From sequence record DRR723986_4861: a stretch of 32,651 bases of DNA. One strand, 5' to 3'. The position numbers were made by a program, and so were the translations under genes. How positions within the stretch are numbered: the first letter of the stretch is position 1; each line of letters opens with the position of its first letter. Below, in pieces: positions 9,881 to 18,574 of this stretch. Under the pieces are notes generated by a model, which saw only the letters and a list, made by a program, of their open reading frames with translations, ran no database searches and had not been told where the DNA came from.

Positions 9881-11222
9881 ACGCTTCAGCGCCCTGCTGG
9901 CCGGGCGGCTTGTTTTGATCATGCTGACGCTTATGGGAATAAGCTATCTTATTTCTGTGCCCGGCTATCACGCCGCTACATTTCTCACCTTTTGCGTGTT
10001 GGTGTTCCTTACGCTCGAGGTGTTTCAATTTGTCAAGCGAACCAACGCAGAAGTTTCCCGTTTTCTGGACGCCGCAAGATATGCAGATTTTAGCCAACGG
10101 TTTCGCATGCATGATTTGGGCGCTGGATTCGGAGAATTGGGCGAAACTTTCACCGATATTTTAAGCCGGTTTCAAGAAGTGCGTGCAGCAAAAGAAAAAG
10201 AGCTGCGCCACCTGAAGGCTCTGATAGAACATGTGCCGGTTCCGCTCTTGTCGCTTGAGGCAGACGGCGCGCTTAACATATGGAACAATGCCGCCCGCCG
10301 GCTGTTTGGGTCGGCCTCAGCAACCCATGTAAGCCAGCTGGCACAGTTTGGGACAGACTTTCAAAAAGATGTAACTTCAATAGAACCAGGTGAACGGCGG
10401 CTGGTTGCATTTGATGCGGACGGAATTGAACAACAAATGATGCTGGCGGCATCAAAAATAATTATCGACGGTAAACCGGAAAAACTTTTCAGCCTTCAAA
10501 ATATCCAGTCAGAGCTTGACCTGGCGCAGTTGCAAGCGTGGCAAGATCTGGTGAGCGTTTTAACGCATGAAATCATGAATTCAATTACGCCGGTTGCCTC
10601 GCTGGCGAAAACCGCTGTTGATCTGGTGGACGATGCGGCGACAAAAGTGAAAAACAACCCAGAAGTTGTCGCGGAACTGGGGGATGTGAAAGACGCGGTT
10701 AATACAGTGGCAAGACGGTCAGATAAATTAAGCCAATTTGTCTCCAGTTACCGCAGTTTGACCCGGCTGCCACCGCCTGAACGGACTTTGGTTAGCCTGC
10801 AGGAATTCTTTGAAAACATGGCTCGGTTATACCGTGAAGCATGGCAGTCCAAGGGTATAACGCTTCACACATCTGTTGAACCTGCGGCGCTAGATGTATC
10901 TGCCGACAGTGACATGCTGGAACAGATCGTTATCAATATGCTTAAAAATGCTGAACAAGCGTTATCAAATAAGGATACTGGCAATATTTGGCTTTTGGCG
11001 CGGCTGAATAGGCGTGGCCGAGTGGCGATAGAAATTGCAGATGATGGCCCCGGCATTCCCGCCGATATTGCCAAGCAGATATTTGTGCCATTTTTTACCA
11101 CAAAGCGAGCCGGTAGCGGGGTTGGTCTTGCCCTCACGCGCCAAGTTATGATTGCCCACGGCGGGGCAGTAAGCCTTTCGAAGCGTGAGGGCGGCGGCGC
11201 GGTTTTTTCGCTAACATTTTAG
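9870..11222 (+). CDS. Sensor histidine kinase (two close TM helices, PAS-like region, HisKA, HATPase)
   Basis: H-box LTHEIMNS, N-box NMLKNA, DDGPGI, PFFTTK, GSGVGL. Overlaps the regulator gene end by 11 nt. Confidence 0.94.
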   Translation: MGFKRFSALLAGRLVLIMLTLMGISYLISVPGYHAATFLTFCVLVFLTLEVFQFVKRTNAEVSRFLDAARYADFSQRFRMHDLGAGFGELGETFTDILSRFQEVRAAKEKELRHLKALIEHVPVPLLSLEADGALNIWNNAARRLFGSASATHVSQLAQFGTDFQKDVTSIEPGERRLVAFDADGIEQQMMLAASKIIIDGKPEKLFSLQNIQSELDLAQLQAWQDLVSVLTHEIMNSITPVASLAKTAVDLVDDAATKVKNNPEVVAELGDVKDAVNTVARRSDKLSQFVSSYRSLTRLPPPERTLVSLQEFFENMARLYREAWQSKGITLHTSVEPAALDVSADSDMLEQIVINMLKNAEQALSNKDTGNIWLLARLNRRGRVAIEIADDGPGIPADIAKQIFVPFFTTKRAGSGVGLALTRQVMIAHGGAVSLSKREGGGAVFSLTF

Positions 11223-11256
11223 CCAAGACGCTCAGTTATCCGCTTTCCTCCAGTGC

Positions 11257-11709
11257 TTAGGGAACCATCCCGCTATAACCACCCGCCTGTTTAATCATGC
11301 GCGTGGTTATGGACGTGTTAAACCGCGACACCCCCGGCAATCGGCTTAGCTCCTGGCGCAAAAGCGTATCAAGTGCCGACATATCCGGGGCCAAAACCTC
11401 AAGCACATAATCATATTCGCCGGTCACAGCATGACAGCAGCGCACGGCGCGGTGCCGGATAATCGCATCTTCAAAGGGCTGATACTGATCGAAGGAGACA
11501 ACAACATGCACTAATGCGCGAATGCCAAGGCCAAGGGCGTCTGGTGAAACTCTGGCGCTATAGCCTTCAATAGCACCTGATGCTTCAAGGTCTTTCACGC
11601 GGCTCCAGCAGGGTGTTTTGCTAAGGCCAATTTTTTCGCCCAACGCCGTGAAAGAAATGCGCCCGTCATTTTCTAGAACCGTCAGAATTTTTACATCAAC
11701 GCTATCCAA
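11257..11709 (-). CDS. Lrp/AsnC family transcriptional regulator
   Basis: MDSVDVKILTVLENDGRISFTALGEKIGLS HTH and VTGEYDY C-terminal motif. TTG start after AAGGA. Confidence 0.93.
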   Translation of the reverse strand: MDSVDVKILTVLENDGRISFTALGEKIGLSKTPCWSRVKDLEASGAIEGYSARVSPDALGLGIRALVHVVVSFDQYQPFEDAIIRHRAVRCCHAVTGEYDYVLEVLAPDMSALDTLLRQELSRLPGVSRFNTSITTRMIKQAGGYSGMVP

Positions 11710-11852
11710 TTTCGTTCCTTTTTTTTCACATTATTAAGACTATTATTCTTCATATGGTTAAAAATAAGGAATTAAAAGGATAATGTTTGGTTCATGAGAG
11801 GCTATATTTCTTCAAAGATTATCGTTAAAAGCTAAAAAGCGAGGGCGCTGAC

Positions 11853-12599
11853 GTGGACCGTAAAAAATATTATGACCGAATAGAAAACCCGGAAATGCTG
11901 GATTACGGCGTATACCTAAAATGTGATCAATTGCTTTCCTGCCAAAAGCCGCTGAATGACCTGTGTAATTCTGACGAGCTTCAGTTTCAGATTGTTCATC
12001 AGGTTGAAGAACTGTGGATGAAGCTGATGACCTTCACACTTGTTGAAGTGATCGACTATCTGCAACAAGGCGAAACCCACCGCGTGCTGACCCTCATGAA
12101 CCGGGTTGCTATGTTGCAGCGCCTGATGACCAGCCAACTGGATGTGCTGGAGACCATGTCACCGAAAGAATATCAGGAAATTCGACTTCAGCTTGGTAAC
12201 GGTAGCGGGCAGGAATCGCCCGGGTTTCGTATGCTATTGAAAATGCCGCCGGATATGTGGAAGGCCTATACAGAAACCTATCTGGACCCTAAAGGTCTAT
12301 CAATTGCCGACATTTACGACGCTCATTATAGCCACGATGGCCGCTATGCCATTGCAGAAGCCTTGATCGAATTTGATGAACAATTCCAGAAATTCCGCTG
12401 GAACCATGTTTTCTTAATCCACCGCTCAATAGGGCTTAGCTCAAAGTCTTTAAAAGGGCGGCCTGTAGAGCTTTTACAGGCGGGGGCAAAGCATCGCTTT
12501 TTCCCTGAACTATGGGATATTCGCAGTGCAATGACCGACAGTTGGGGCGGTGAATACGGTGTTGTTCGTGACCCTATTCACAAAAAACCAAACAGCTAA
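11853..12599 (+). CDS. Tryptophan 2,3-dioxygenase family heme protein (atypical)
   Basis: YGVYLKCDQLLSCQ, DELQFQIVHQVEELW, MSPKEYQEIR, GSGQESPGFR, FFPELWDIRS. The canonical GTGGS/T loop is replaced. Confidence 0.87.
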   Translation: MDRKKYYDRIENPEMLDYGVYLKCDQLLSCQKPLNDLCNSDELQFQIVHQVEELWMKLMTFTLVEVIDYLQQGETHRVLTLMNRVAMLQRLMTSQLDVLETMSPKEYQEIRLQLGNGSGQESPGFRMLLKMPPDMWKAYTETYLDPKGLSIADIYDAHYSHDGRYAIAEALIEFDEQFQKFRWNHVFLIHRSIGLSSKSLKGRPVELLQAGAKHRFFPELWDIRSAMTDSWGGEYGVVRDPIHKKPNS

Positions 12600-12617
12600 C
12601 GCTTACTTATCGGCGCG

Positions 12618-13535
12618 TTATTTTTGCTGAGATAAAAAATGCGCGACACGCTCAACAAACGCACCGGGTCGCTCAACGAACGGCAAGTGACCGGTTGCAG
12701 GGAAAATTTCAATTTCTGCATGCGGCACAAGCTTATAAAGCTGCCATGATGTGGCCGGTGAAATGACCGGGTCATAGCGACCATGCAACACCAGAACCGG
12801 AAATGAATAGGTGCGAACAGACTCGGTGTAATCCAGGGTCGCCATATCTGCCCGCAGCGCGTTATTAACCTCAATATTATAGTCATAATCTTCCACCGCC
12901 TTCATGAAGACATCGCCTCGTTCCGGGTCAACAAATTCCATAGCAGCAAAAATTTGAATTTCTCTGGCTTTAAATCGCGGCGATAGAGCGCGGCGGGTGC
13001 GATGCCACGCCTCAATTCGGTCAGGAAAAACATCCGCCAATAAAGACTGTGTCTGTTGAATAGAAGGCGCGGTTGAGTTTGTGAAAATAATGGACTGTAC
13101 ATGGTCGCGGTATGCCTCAGTGTAAGCCATGGCAACAATGCCCCCAAAGGAATGGCCTACAAGGTTAAGGCGGCGGGCGCCAACTGCTGTGCGCACTGCT
13201 TCAACATCTTCAGCCCACTGGGACAATTGCGGCGTACCTGTTACAGCGCCGGAATTAGACGTGCCTCGCTGATCAAACATAACCACTTGGCGGGTTTTAG
13301 CGAGCTGATCGAAGCTACCACCCACACGCATATACCGGTGGTCACTGCCGGGGCCGCCTGAAATAACCAAAAGCGGGGCACCCGTTCCGGTGCCTTTAAC
13401 ATAATAGGCAATAGTCGTGCCATCGGCGCTTTCGGTTACATGCTGAACCCAGCCCGTTTGAGCGGGCTGCGCAAAAGCGGGCGAAACCCCAAGACCAAAC
13501 AACAAAACAAGCAGTGTCTTCAGCATCAGTTTCAT
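12618..13535 (-). CDS. Secreted alpha/beta hydrolase (proline iminopeptidase-like)
   Basis: Signal peptide ending AFA, GGPG oxyanion motif, DQRG, nucleophile GHSFGG, GRYD acid and GH histidine. Confidence 0.88.
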   Translation of the reverse strand: MKLMLKTLLVLLFGLGVSPAFAQPAQTGWVQHVTESADGTTIAYYVKGTGTGAPLLVISGGPGSDHRYMRVGGSFDQLAKTRQVVMFDQRGTSNSGAVTGTPQLSQWAEDVEAVRTAVGARRLNLVGHSFGGIVAMAYTEAYRDHVQSIIFTNSTAPSIQQTQSLLADVFPDRIEAWHRTRRALSPRFKAREIQIFAAMEFVDPERGDVFMKAVEDYDYNIEVNNALRADMATLDYTESVRTYSFPVLVLHGRYDPVISPATSWQLYKLVPHAEIEIFPATGHLPFVERPGAFVERVAHFLSQQK

Positions 13536-13584
13536 GGGGTTTCATCCAATGGTTTATACCTGTTTCGCTCCTGCAAAACCTTAT

Positions 13585-14088
13585 CTAGTTTGCCGCCACT
13601 GGGGTATACTTCAGGCCTGCAGCATCCAACCCTGCCCGCGCGCACTCAGCATCTTCAGAGCCGCGAGCACCGGAAACACCAACACCACCAATATGAGCGC
13701 CGTCAGAAGTAAAAATGGCTTCACCACCCTCAAAAATTGCAAAGTTCGGCGCAAACCCAAGCGCGGGGAAAGTGCGTGCCGTATCAGCAGCCCCTTTTGT
13801 TGAACGGGGGAACGCAGCAGCAGCATTGGCTTTCCAGTGCGCAATATCAATCGACCCTAACTGAGCCCCGTCCATACGCACAAATGCCAACAAGTTTTTG
13901 CCTTGATCATAGACCGAAATATTTAACCGCCACCCTTTGTCGGCCGCAAACGCTTCGCAACCTGCAACGATCGCTTTGGCCGACGCAAGTGTTAGCGCTG
14001 GCCGCATGTCCTGTGCTTGCAGAGGTGTCGACGCCGCCCACGCCAGACCGGCAAGTCCGACTATATAATTTAGTTTTTTCCGTAACAT
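13585..14088 (-). CDS. Exported GlcG/HbpS family heme-binding protein
   Basis: Signal peptide, RMDGA, IAHWKA, GGEAI, IGGVGVSG...EDAECA. Start moved to ATG 14088, which follows AGGGAG. Confidence 0.87.
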   Translation of the reverse strand: MLRKKLNYIVGLAGLAWAASTPLQAQDMRPALTLASAKAIVAGCEAFAADKGWRLNISVYDQGKNLLAFVRMDGAQLGSIDIAHWKANAAAAFPRSTKGAADTARTFPALGFAPNFAIFEGGEAIFTSDGAHIGGVGVSGARGSEDAECARAGLDAAGLKYTPVAAN

Positions 14089-14263
14089 CTTCTTCTCCCT
14101 AACTGCGTTCAAAATTATTTCGCCTTATGGCTATGCCATACTGTCTTATTTGGCAGCAACAACATCATCACTACTATCTAAGCTGAACTCTATGGTTATA
14201 CATTCTGTTTCAGCTAAAAATAATTGAATGACAACCAACAATATTGACGGTAGTTAAACATTT

Positions 14264-15142
14264 ATGAGCATGGTGAATTGGCAAAAATTGCGCGTGTTAA
14301 AAGCGGTTCTGGAAAAAGAAAGCTTTTCTGGCGCCGCACGCCAGCTGGGTATTAGCCAGCCCACCGTCAGCCGGCAGATAAAATCCCTTGAAGATGAGCT
14401 TGGCGAAACCCTTCTGGACATCACCCCGGACGGCGTTATGGCAACCACAGCAGCGCTTCGTTTAAGCCCCATCCTCGATGAAATGACGCGCGCTGCCGAG
14501 CAAATCCAACGCCCCGCAACAGGCACGGATGCAACCCCGACAGTACGCATCGCCTGCGGTCCGTGGGTTGCCAGCTTTTTATCCAGCAACATTCACCGTA
14601 TTGTAGGGGAGCCGGTTGCCCGGCATATTGATGTCACATCCAGCATACTGTTTGCCGACATTCCCCGACGAGAAGCTGATATTGCGATTCGTACCAAAAG
14701 GCCCGAGCGGGGCCGAATGCGGGTAAAGCGATTGCCCAGCTATACCTATGCTGTTTACGGCAAAAAAGCCTTGGTTGAACAAGAGCCCGACGCTTTCACC
14801 ACCAAACGCTTTAAGCATTTTCAGTGGGCAATGCTGGCGCAGGAACTGGACCATTTTGCCACCTCGCAGTGGTTGATTGATCAGGGCGTTACCAACCCCG
14901 TTGCGCGCTTTTCCGCCTCGATTAACCTGTTAGACGCTGTAAAAAGCGGCGCAGTTTTAGCGGTTATTCCCTGTTTTGCGGGGGAAAAAGACAATGATCT
15001 GATTAGGGTTAGCGAACCTTTTACACCCGGCAACAGCCAAATTTGGATGGTGTTGCCTGATGATGTGAACAGACGCCCCCACATTCGGCAAACCGCTGAC
15101 ATATTAGCCGACTTGTTCAATGACAATTTTTCAGGCGAGTAG
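14264..15142 (+). CDS. LysR family transcriptional regulator
   Basis: SFSGAARQLGISQPTVSRQIKSLEDELG HTH, READIAIR. Divergent from the glcG-like gene. Confidence 0.93.
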   Translation: MSMVNWQKLRVLKAVLEKESFSGAARQLGISQPTVSRQIKSLEDELGETLLDITPDGVMATTAALRLSPILDEMTRAAEQIQRPATGTDATPTVRIACGPWVASFLSSNIHRIVGEPVARHIDVTSSILFADIPRREADIAIRTKRPERGRMRVKRLPSYTYAVYGKKALVEQEPDAFTTKRFKHFQWAMLAQELDHFATSQWLIDQGVTNPVARFSASINLLDAVKSGAVLAVIPCFAGEKDNDLIRVSEPFTPGNSQIWMVLPDDVNRRPHIRQTADILADLFNDNFSGE

Positions 15143-15154
15143 ATATGTTTGCCG

Positions 15155-16882
15155 TTATTTCATTAACGCTTCACATACATCAATCACCAGAACATTTCGG
15201 TCGCGGCCTATGCTGGCGGCACTCTTAACGGTTGAAAAGGCAACGGTGCAACCGTCGACACTCACATCTGCTTGGTCCGGATAGCCCTCCCATATTTTTT
15301 TAGGCTCATCGTCCGATGACCAGCCAAACCAATAAAGCCCTCCCGGCCTTTTTCTCACCGGCGTATAACGGCTTTTCATCAGGCGCACGATGCCCGCCTT
15401 TGTGATCAGCGTTTGGGTTTCATCCCGTTCGTTATGAAGCAAAGGCAGCGGCGTTTCCTCGATAGCGGGAGCGGAACCGTCCGCCGTTAGACCATCCAGT
15501 TTCAGCAATGAAACGCTCAGCAAATGACGGTTTATTTCTTTGCCCTCTGGCGTACTGTAAGCAACCGGGCATGCCACCATTTGGACCGCCTTCAAAAACG
15601 GTACAAACTTCATACACTTTAACGGATATTGCTTTTCTGAAAGCTTGGTGCGGGTCGCTGTTTCCGGGGCATAATGAAATGTGCCTTCTTGTGTCGCCTC
15701 AATAAACCCAAGCCCTTCGCCCAAGGCCAAAGTTTTTGCGGGGTTATAGCTTACACTTTCAGCATCAAGAGATCGACGCCATTCACATGTTAACGAGCTT
15801 TGCCTCCAGGGGGCAAAGGTCATGTCGGAAACCCGCGCCCGCTGGAAGCCCCCAACGGATACACTATTGCTCTTCCCCGCACCACCATACTGGTGGGCAT
15901 ATTGCTGTAATGGCTCCCCCAAGAGGCCCGCAGTGTATCGCAGTGTTTTTGGTGTCGAAGGGTCTTGCTTTCGCCGCTCACCCGCACCGGACGGCGCTCG
16001 TGTTCGGTAAGAAATAAAATCACCCACCATACAAACGGAAGGACTGCCCACATCTTCAGCCAACGTTGTCAGTCTTTTGCCATTCCATACAAGCAGCCGA
16101 TCAGGCTTTCTTGGTACAGACTCGGTTAAAATCAACCCTTTTGTACTGGACCACAAAACGTTGGTGATACGCTGCTCAATGACAATGCTTTTGGCCGCAA
16201 GGGCCGGTTTCAAGGCTGGTATAGGGTCTTCCATGGGTTGCTTTAACAACTGGAAAGTTTCGGCAATCTCTTGCATCAGCTCGCTATATCTAATTTCGAC
16301 TTCACTTTCCGTCGCCAACCAAGAAAGCGTGTTTTCAGGAACGCTCGATCCCTTCGCCCGTATACCGCGCGAACATATCCACCAGGGAGAAACCTTGCTG
16401 CTGCGCAAGTCAGACCGTTTGAGAACTTCCTCGCCTACTTCACCAGCAACATTTGGGTTTTCACGGATATATTTTGAAACTGTTCTTGTCCGCACAGGCA
16501 AATAAGCCACAGCGTCTGAAGCAGATGTGTCTGCGCACAATGCGGCGTCTAACCCTGCCCGAATATAACCAAGCCAGTACCACTCTAATGCCATTCGAAC
16601 ATCAGCGGAAAAAGTGCGCTCAGCCAAATCGAATAGATAATATGCTGGCAATTCATTGTAGCGCGCGGCCAACTCTTCGCGCAGGGGAATATTTTCAGGC
16701 GGCACTGTTTCAAGGCTGCGTTCCAACCGTTTACGATCGTCAGACAGCGATAAATCTTGCGATGTAGAAAAAACCCGCTCAACCGCCGGAAACTTTTTCA
16801 AAGCGGCAGCGTTTTCGTCTTTTAGGTCAGCCAGAGAAGAAAAGCCCACTCCAATAGAAATAAACAGTGGTATCAACCGCAT
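15155..16882 (-). CDS. Secreted hypothetical protein (helical N-terminal domain, beta-rich C-terminal domain)
   Basis: Long ORF filling the gap. ATG 16882 follows GGAG and begins a signal-like sequence MRLIPLFISIGVGFSSLA. No family recognised. Confidence 0.75.
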   Translation of the reverse strand: MRLIPLFISIGVGFSSLADLKDENAAALKKFPAVERVFSTSQDLSLSDDRKRLERSLETVPPENIPLREELAARYNELPAYYLFDLAERTFSADVRMALEWYWLGYIRAGLDAALCADTSASDAVAYLPVRTRTVSKYIRENPNVAGEVGEEVLKRSDLRSSKVSPWWICSRGIRAKGSSVPENTLSWLATESEVEIRYSELMQEIAETFQLLKQPMEDPIPALKPALAAKSIVIEQRITNVLWSSTKGLILTESVPRKPDRLLVWNGKRLTTLAEDVGSPSVCMVGDFISYRTRAPSGAGERRKQDPSTPKTLRYTAGLLGEPLQQYAHQYGGAGKSNSVSVGGFQRARVSDMTFAPWRQSSLTCEWRRSLDAESVSYNPAKTLALGEGLGFIEATQEGTFHYAPETATRTKLSEKQYPLKCMKFVPFLKAVQMVACPVAYSTPEGKEINRHLLSVSLLKLDGLTADGSAPAIEETPLPLLHNERDETQTLITKAGIVRLMKSRYTPVRKRPGGLYWFGWSSDDEPKKIWEGYPDQADVSVDGCTVAFSTVKSAASIGRDRNVLVIDVCEALMK

Positions 16883-17025
16883 AAGTTGCTCCAGCGCCCC
16901 CGCGTCAACTATAGGGGTATCCGCTTTGGCCAGCAACCATGGACATTGCATAATGCCCAAAGCTAGTTATTGGCCTGCCCAGTCTAATGCGTTAAGACTG
17001 GCATATTCGATACGGCGGGAAAGCA

Positions 17026-18567
17026 ATGGTCTTATTCAAAAAACCAAATTCAGATGAAAGCAACACAGCAGGCAAAGCCATTTCTTCAAGTGACAACACA
17101 CCGTCAACGCTTGATCTTGAGGTTGCCGCTGCTTTTGTTGAAATGGGAACACGGGATGACAGTACACCGGTTAAACCGGGGCTGGCCAAAGAAACCCTAA
17201 CCTCGCTGCTATACCAACAAGCTGACTTGTTAGCCAACAATGGGCAGGAGGAGCAATCGTCCACGCTGTTTGCATTTGCGATGCATTTATCAGGCAATGC
17301 GTTGGAAAACGCCCATGTTGAAACTGCCTTTGAGCGCCTCGCCGCGCAAGCGCATTATTTGATGGCCAATGGCCGTTTTGCCCTCGCCGCAAAAATTTAT
17401 GAGACGCTGGTTGCCGCAGCGCCCGAAAATCACGATGTGCACCTTGATTTAGCCGGTGTATATTACGCCTTGAAAAAGCACGACGAAGCACGAAAGCTTT
17501 TAAGCAACCTTTACTCAAAATACCCTATTGAATTCGAACCTGCTGAAGACAGCGACGACACCAAAGGCACATTGCTGCGAGTTTCAGGATTCGATAAAAC
17601 CTATTTTAAAATGGGTAAACGAGCGAGTGGCCTTTTTCATCGCTTTCGCCGGGGTGGCCACTTTATGCTAACCCACCTGCTGGATACCGACGCTTATGAC
17701 GTTTATTCCTACACCATAGCGGATGATAATATTAACCAGAAAACACCTGAATTACGCCACGGCTTACTCCTAAACACCATCGCCGATGCTGATATTGAAT
17801 ACCACTCGCTCAAGTCCCTTGAAACCTATGTAGAAAAACACCTGAGTGGGCCAATTATTAATCATCCAACGAACGTTCTGGCCACCACACGCGATAATAA
17901 TTATCAGCGCTTAAATGCGCTTGATGGCATCCGGTTTCCCAAAACTGAGCGCTTTGAGGCATACGGCAAACCGGCGGAGACTATAGCTGACAACATTAAA
18001 GCCGCCGGGTTTGCGCCGCCTTTTATCATTCGGGAAACCGGCACCCACACCGCTGTCACCACCGCGCTGATATCTGAACAGTCCGAGCTAGATGCCTATT
18101 TAAATAACGTCACTGGTGAAAGTCTTTATGTGATCGAATTTATTGAGAATGCGTCACCTGAAGGTCACTATACCAAAATGCGCTTTTTTGCGATTGACGG
18201 AAAACTATACCCGGTTGTCCGCCACGTTGACCAGGTGTGGAATGTGCACGGCGGTAACCGCAAAACTTTCATGAACGATCATCCATGGATGATAGAAAAA
18301 GAAAAACAGTTCTTGCGCGATCCCGCATCAGTGATTGGCGACCAAACATACGCCCTGTTACAAAAGCTTCCAGGTCTTATTGGCCTTGAGTTTTTCGGAA
18401 TTGATTTCACCTTACTCGACAACGGCGATGTTTTGATATTCGAGCTTAACCCTGCCATGCGGCATAGCTTTAACCATGCGAAAAACTCGCCTTATATGCA
18501 ACCGCATCTGGAAGCTATCTCGTCCGCTTTTCAAGCTATGATCGACCGAAAAATTGTCGCCTTATAG
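17026..18567 (+). CDS. TPR-repeat protein with C-terminal ATP-grasp-like (RimK/GshB-type) domain
   Basis: TPR-like helices (AAKIYETLVAAAPENHDVHLDLAGVYYALKKHDEARKLL). ATP-grasp-like segments IINHP, PFIIR-ETGTH, YVIEFIE, KMRFFAIDG, FFGIDF...VLIFELNP. Confidence 0.75.
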   Translation: MVLFKKPNSDESNTAGKAISSSDNTPSTLDLEVAAAFVEMGTRDDSTPVKPGLAKETLTSLLYQQADLLANNGQEEQSSTLFAFAMHLSGNALENAHVETAFERLAAQAHYLMANGRFALAAKIYETLVAAAPENHDVHLDLAGVYYALKKHDEARKLLSNLYSKYPIEFEPAEDSDDTKGTLLRVSGFDKTYFKMGKRASGLFHRFRRGGHFMLTHLLDTDAYDVYSYTIADDNINQKTPELRHGLLLNTIADADIEYHSLKSLETYVEKHLSGPIINHPTNVLATTRDNNYQRLNALDGIRFPKTERFEAYGKPAETIADNIKAAGFAPPFIIRETGTHTAVTTALISEQSELDAYLNNVTGESLYVIEFIENASPEGHYTKMRFFAIDGKLYPVVRHVDQVWNVHGGNRKTFMNDHPWMIEKEKQFLRDPASVIGDQTYALLQKLPGLIGLEFFGIDFTLLDNGDVLIFELNPAMRHSFNHAKNSPYMQPHLEAISSAFQAMIDRKIVAL

Positions 18568-18574
18568 GGCTCGC

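Noticed and set aside
14124-14139. Minus-strand TGGCATAGCC identical to the start of the sigma-54 promoter
   Set aside because: No -12 TTGC element at the required spacing.
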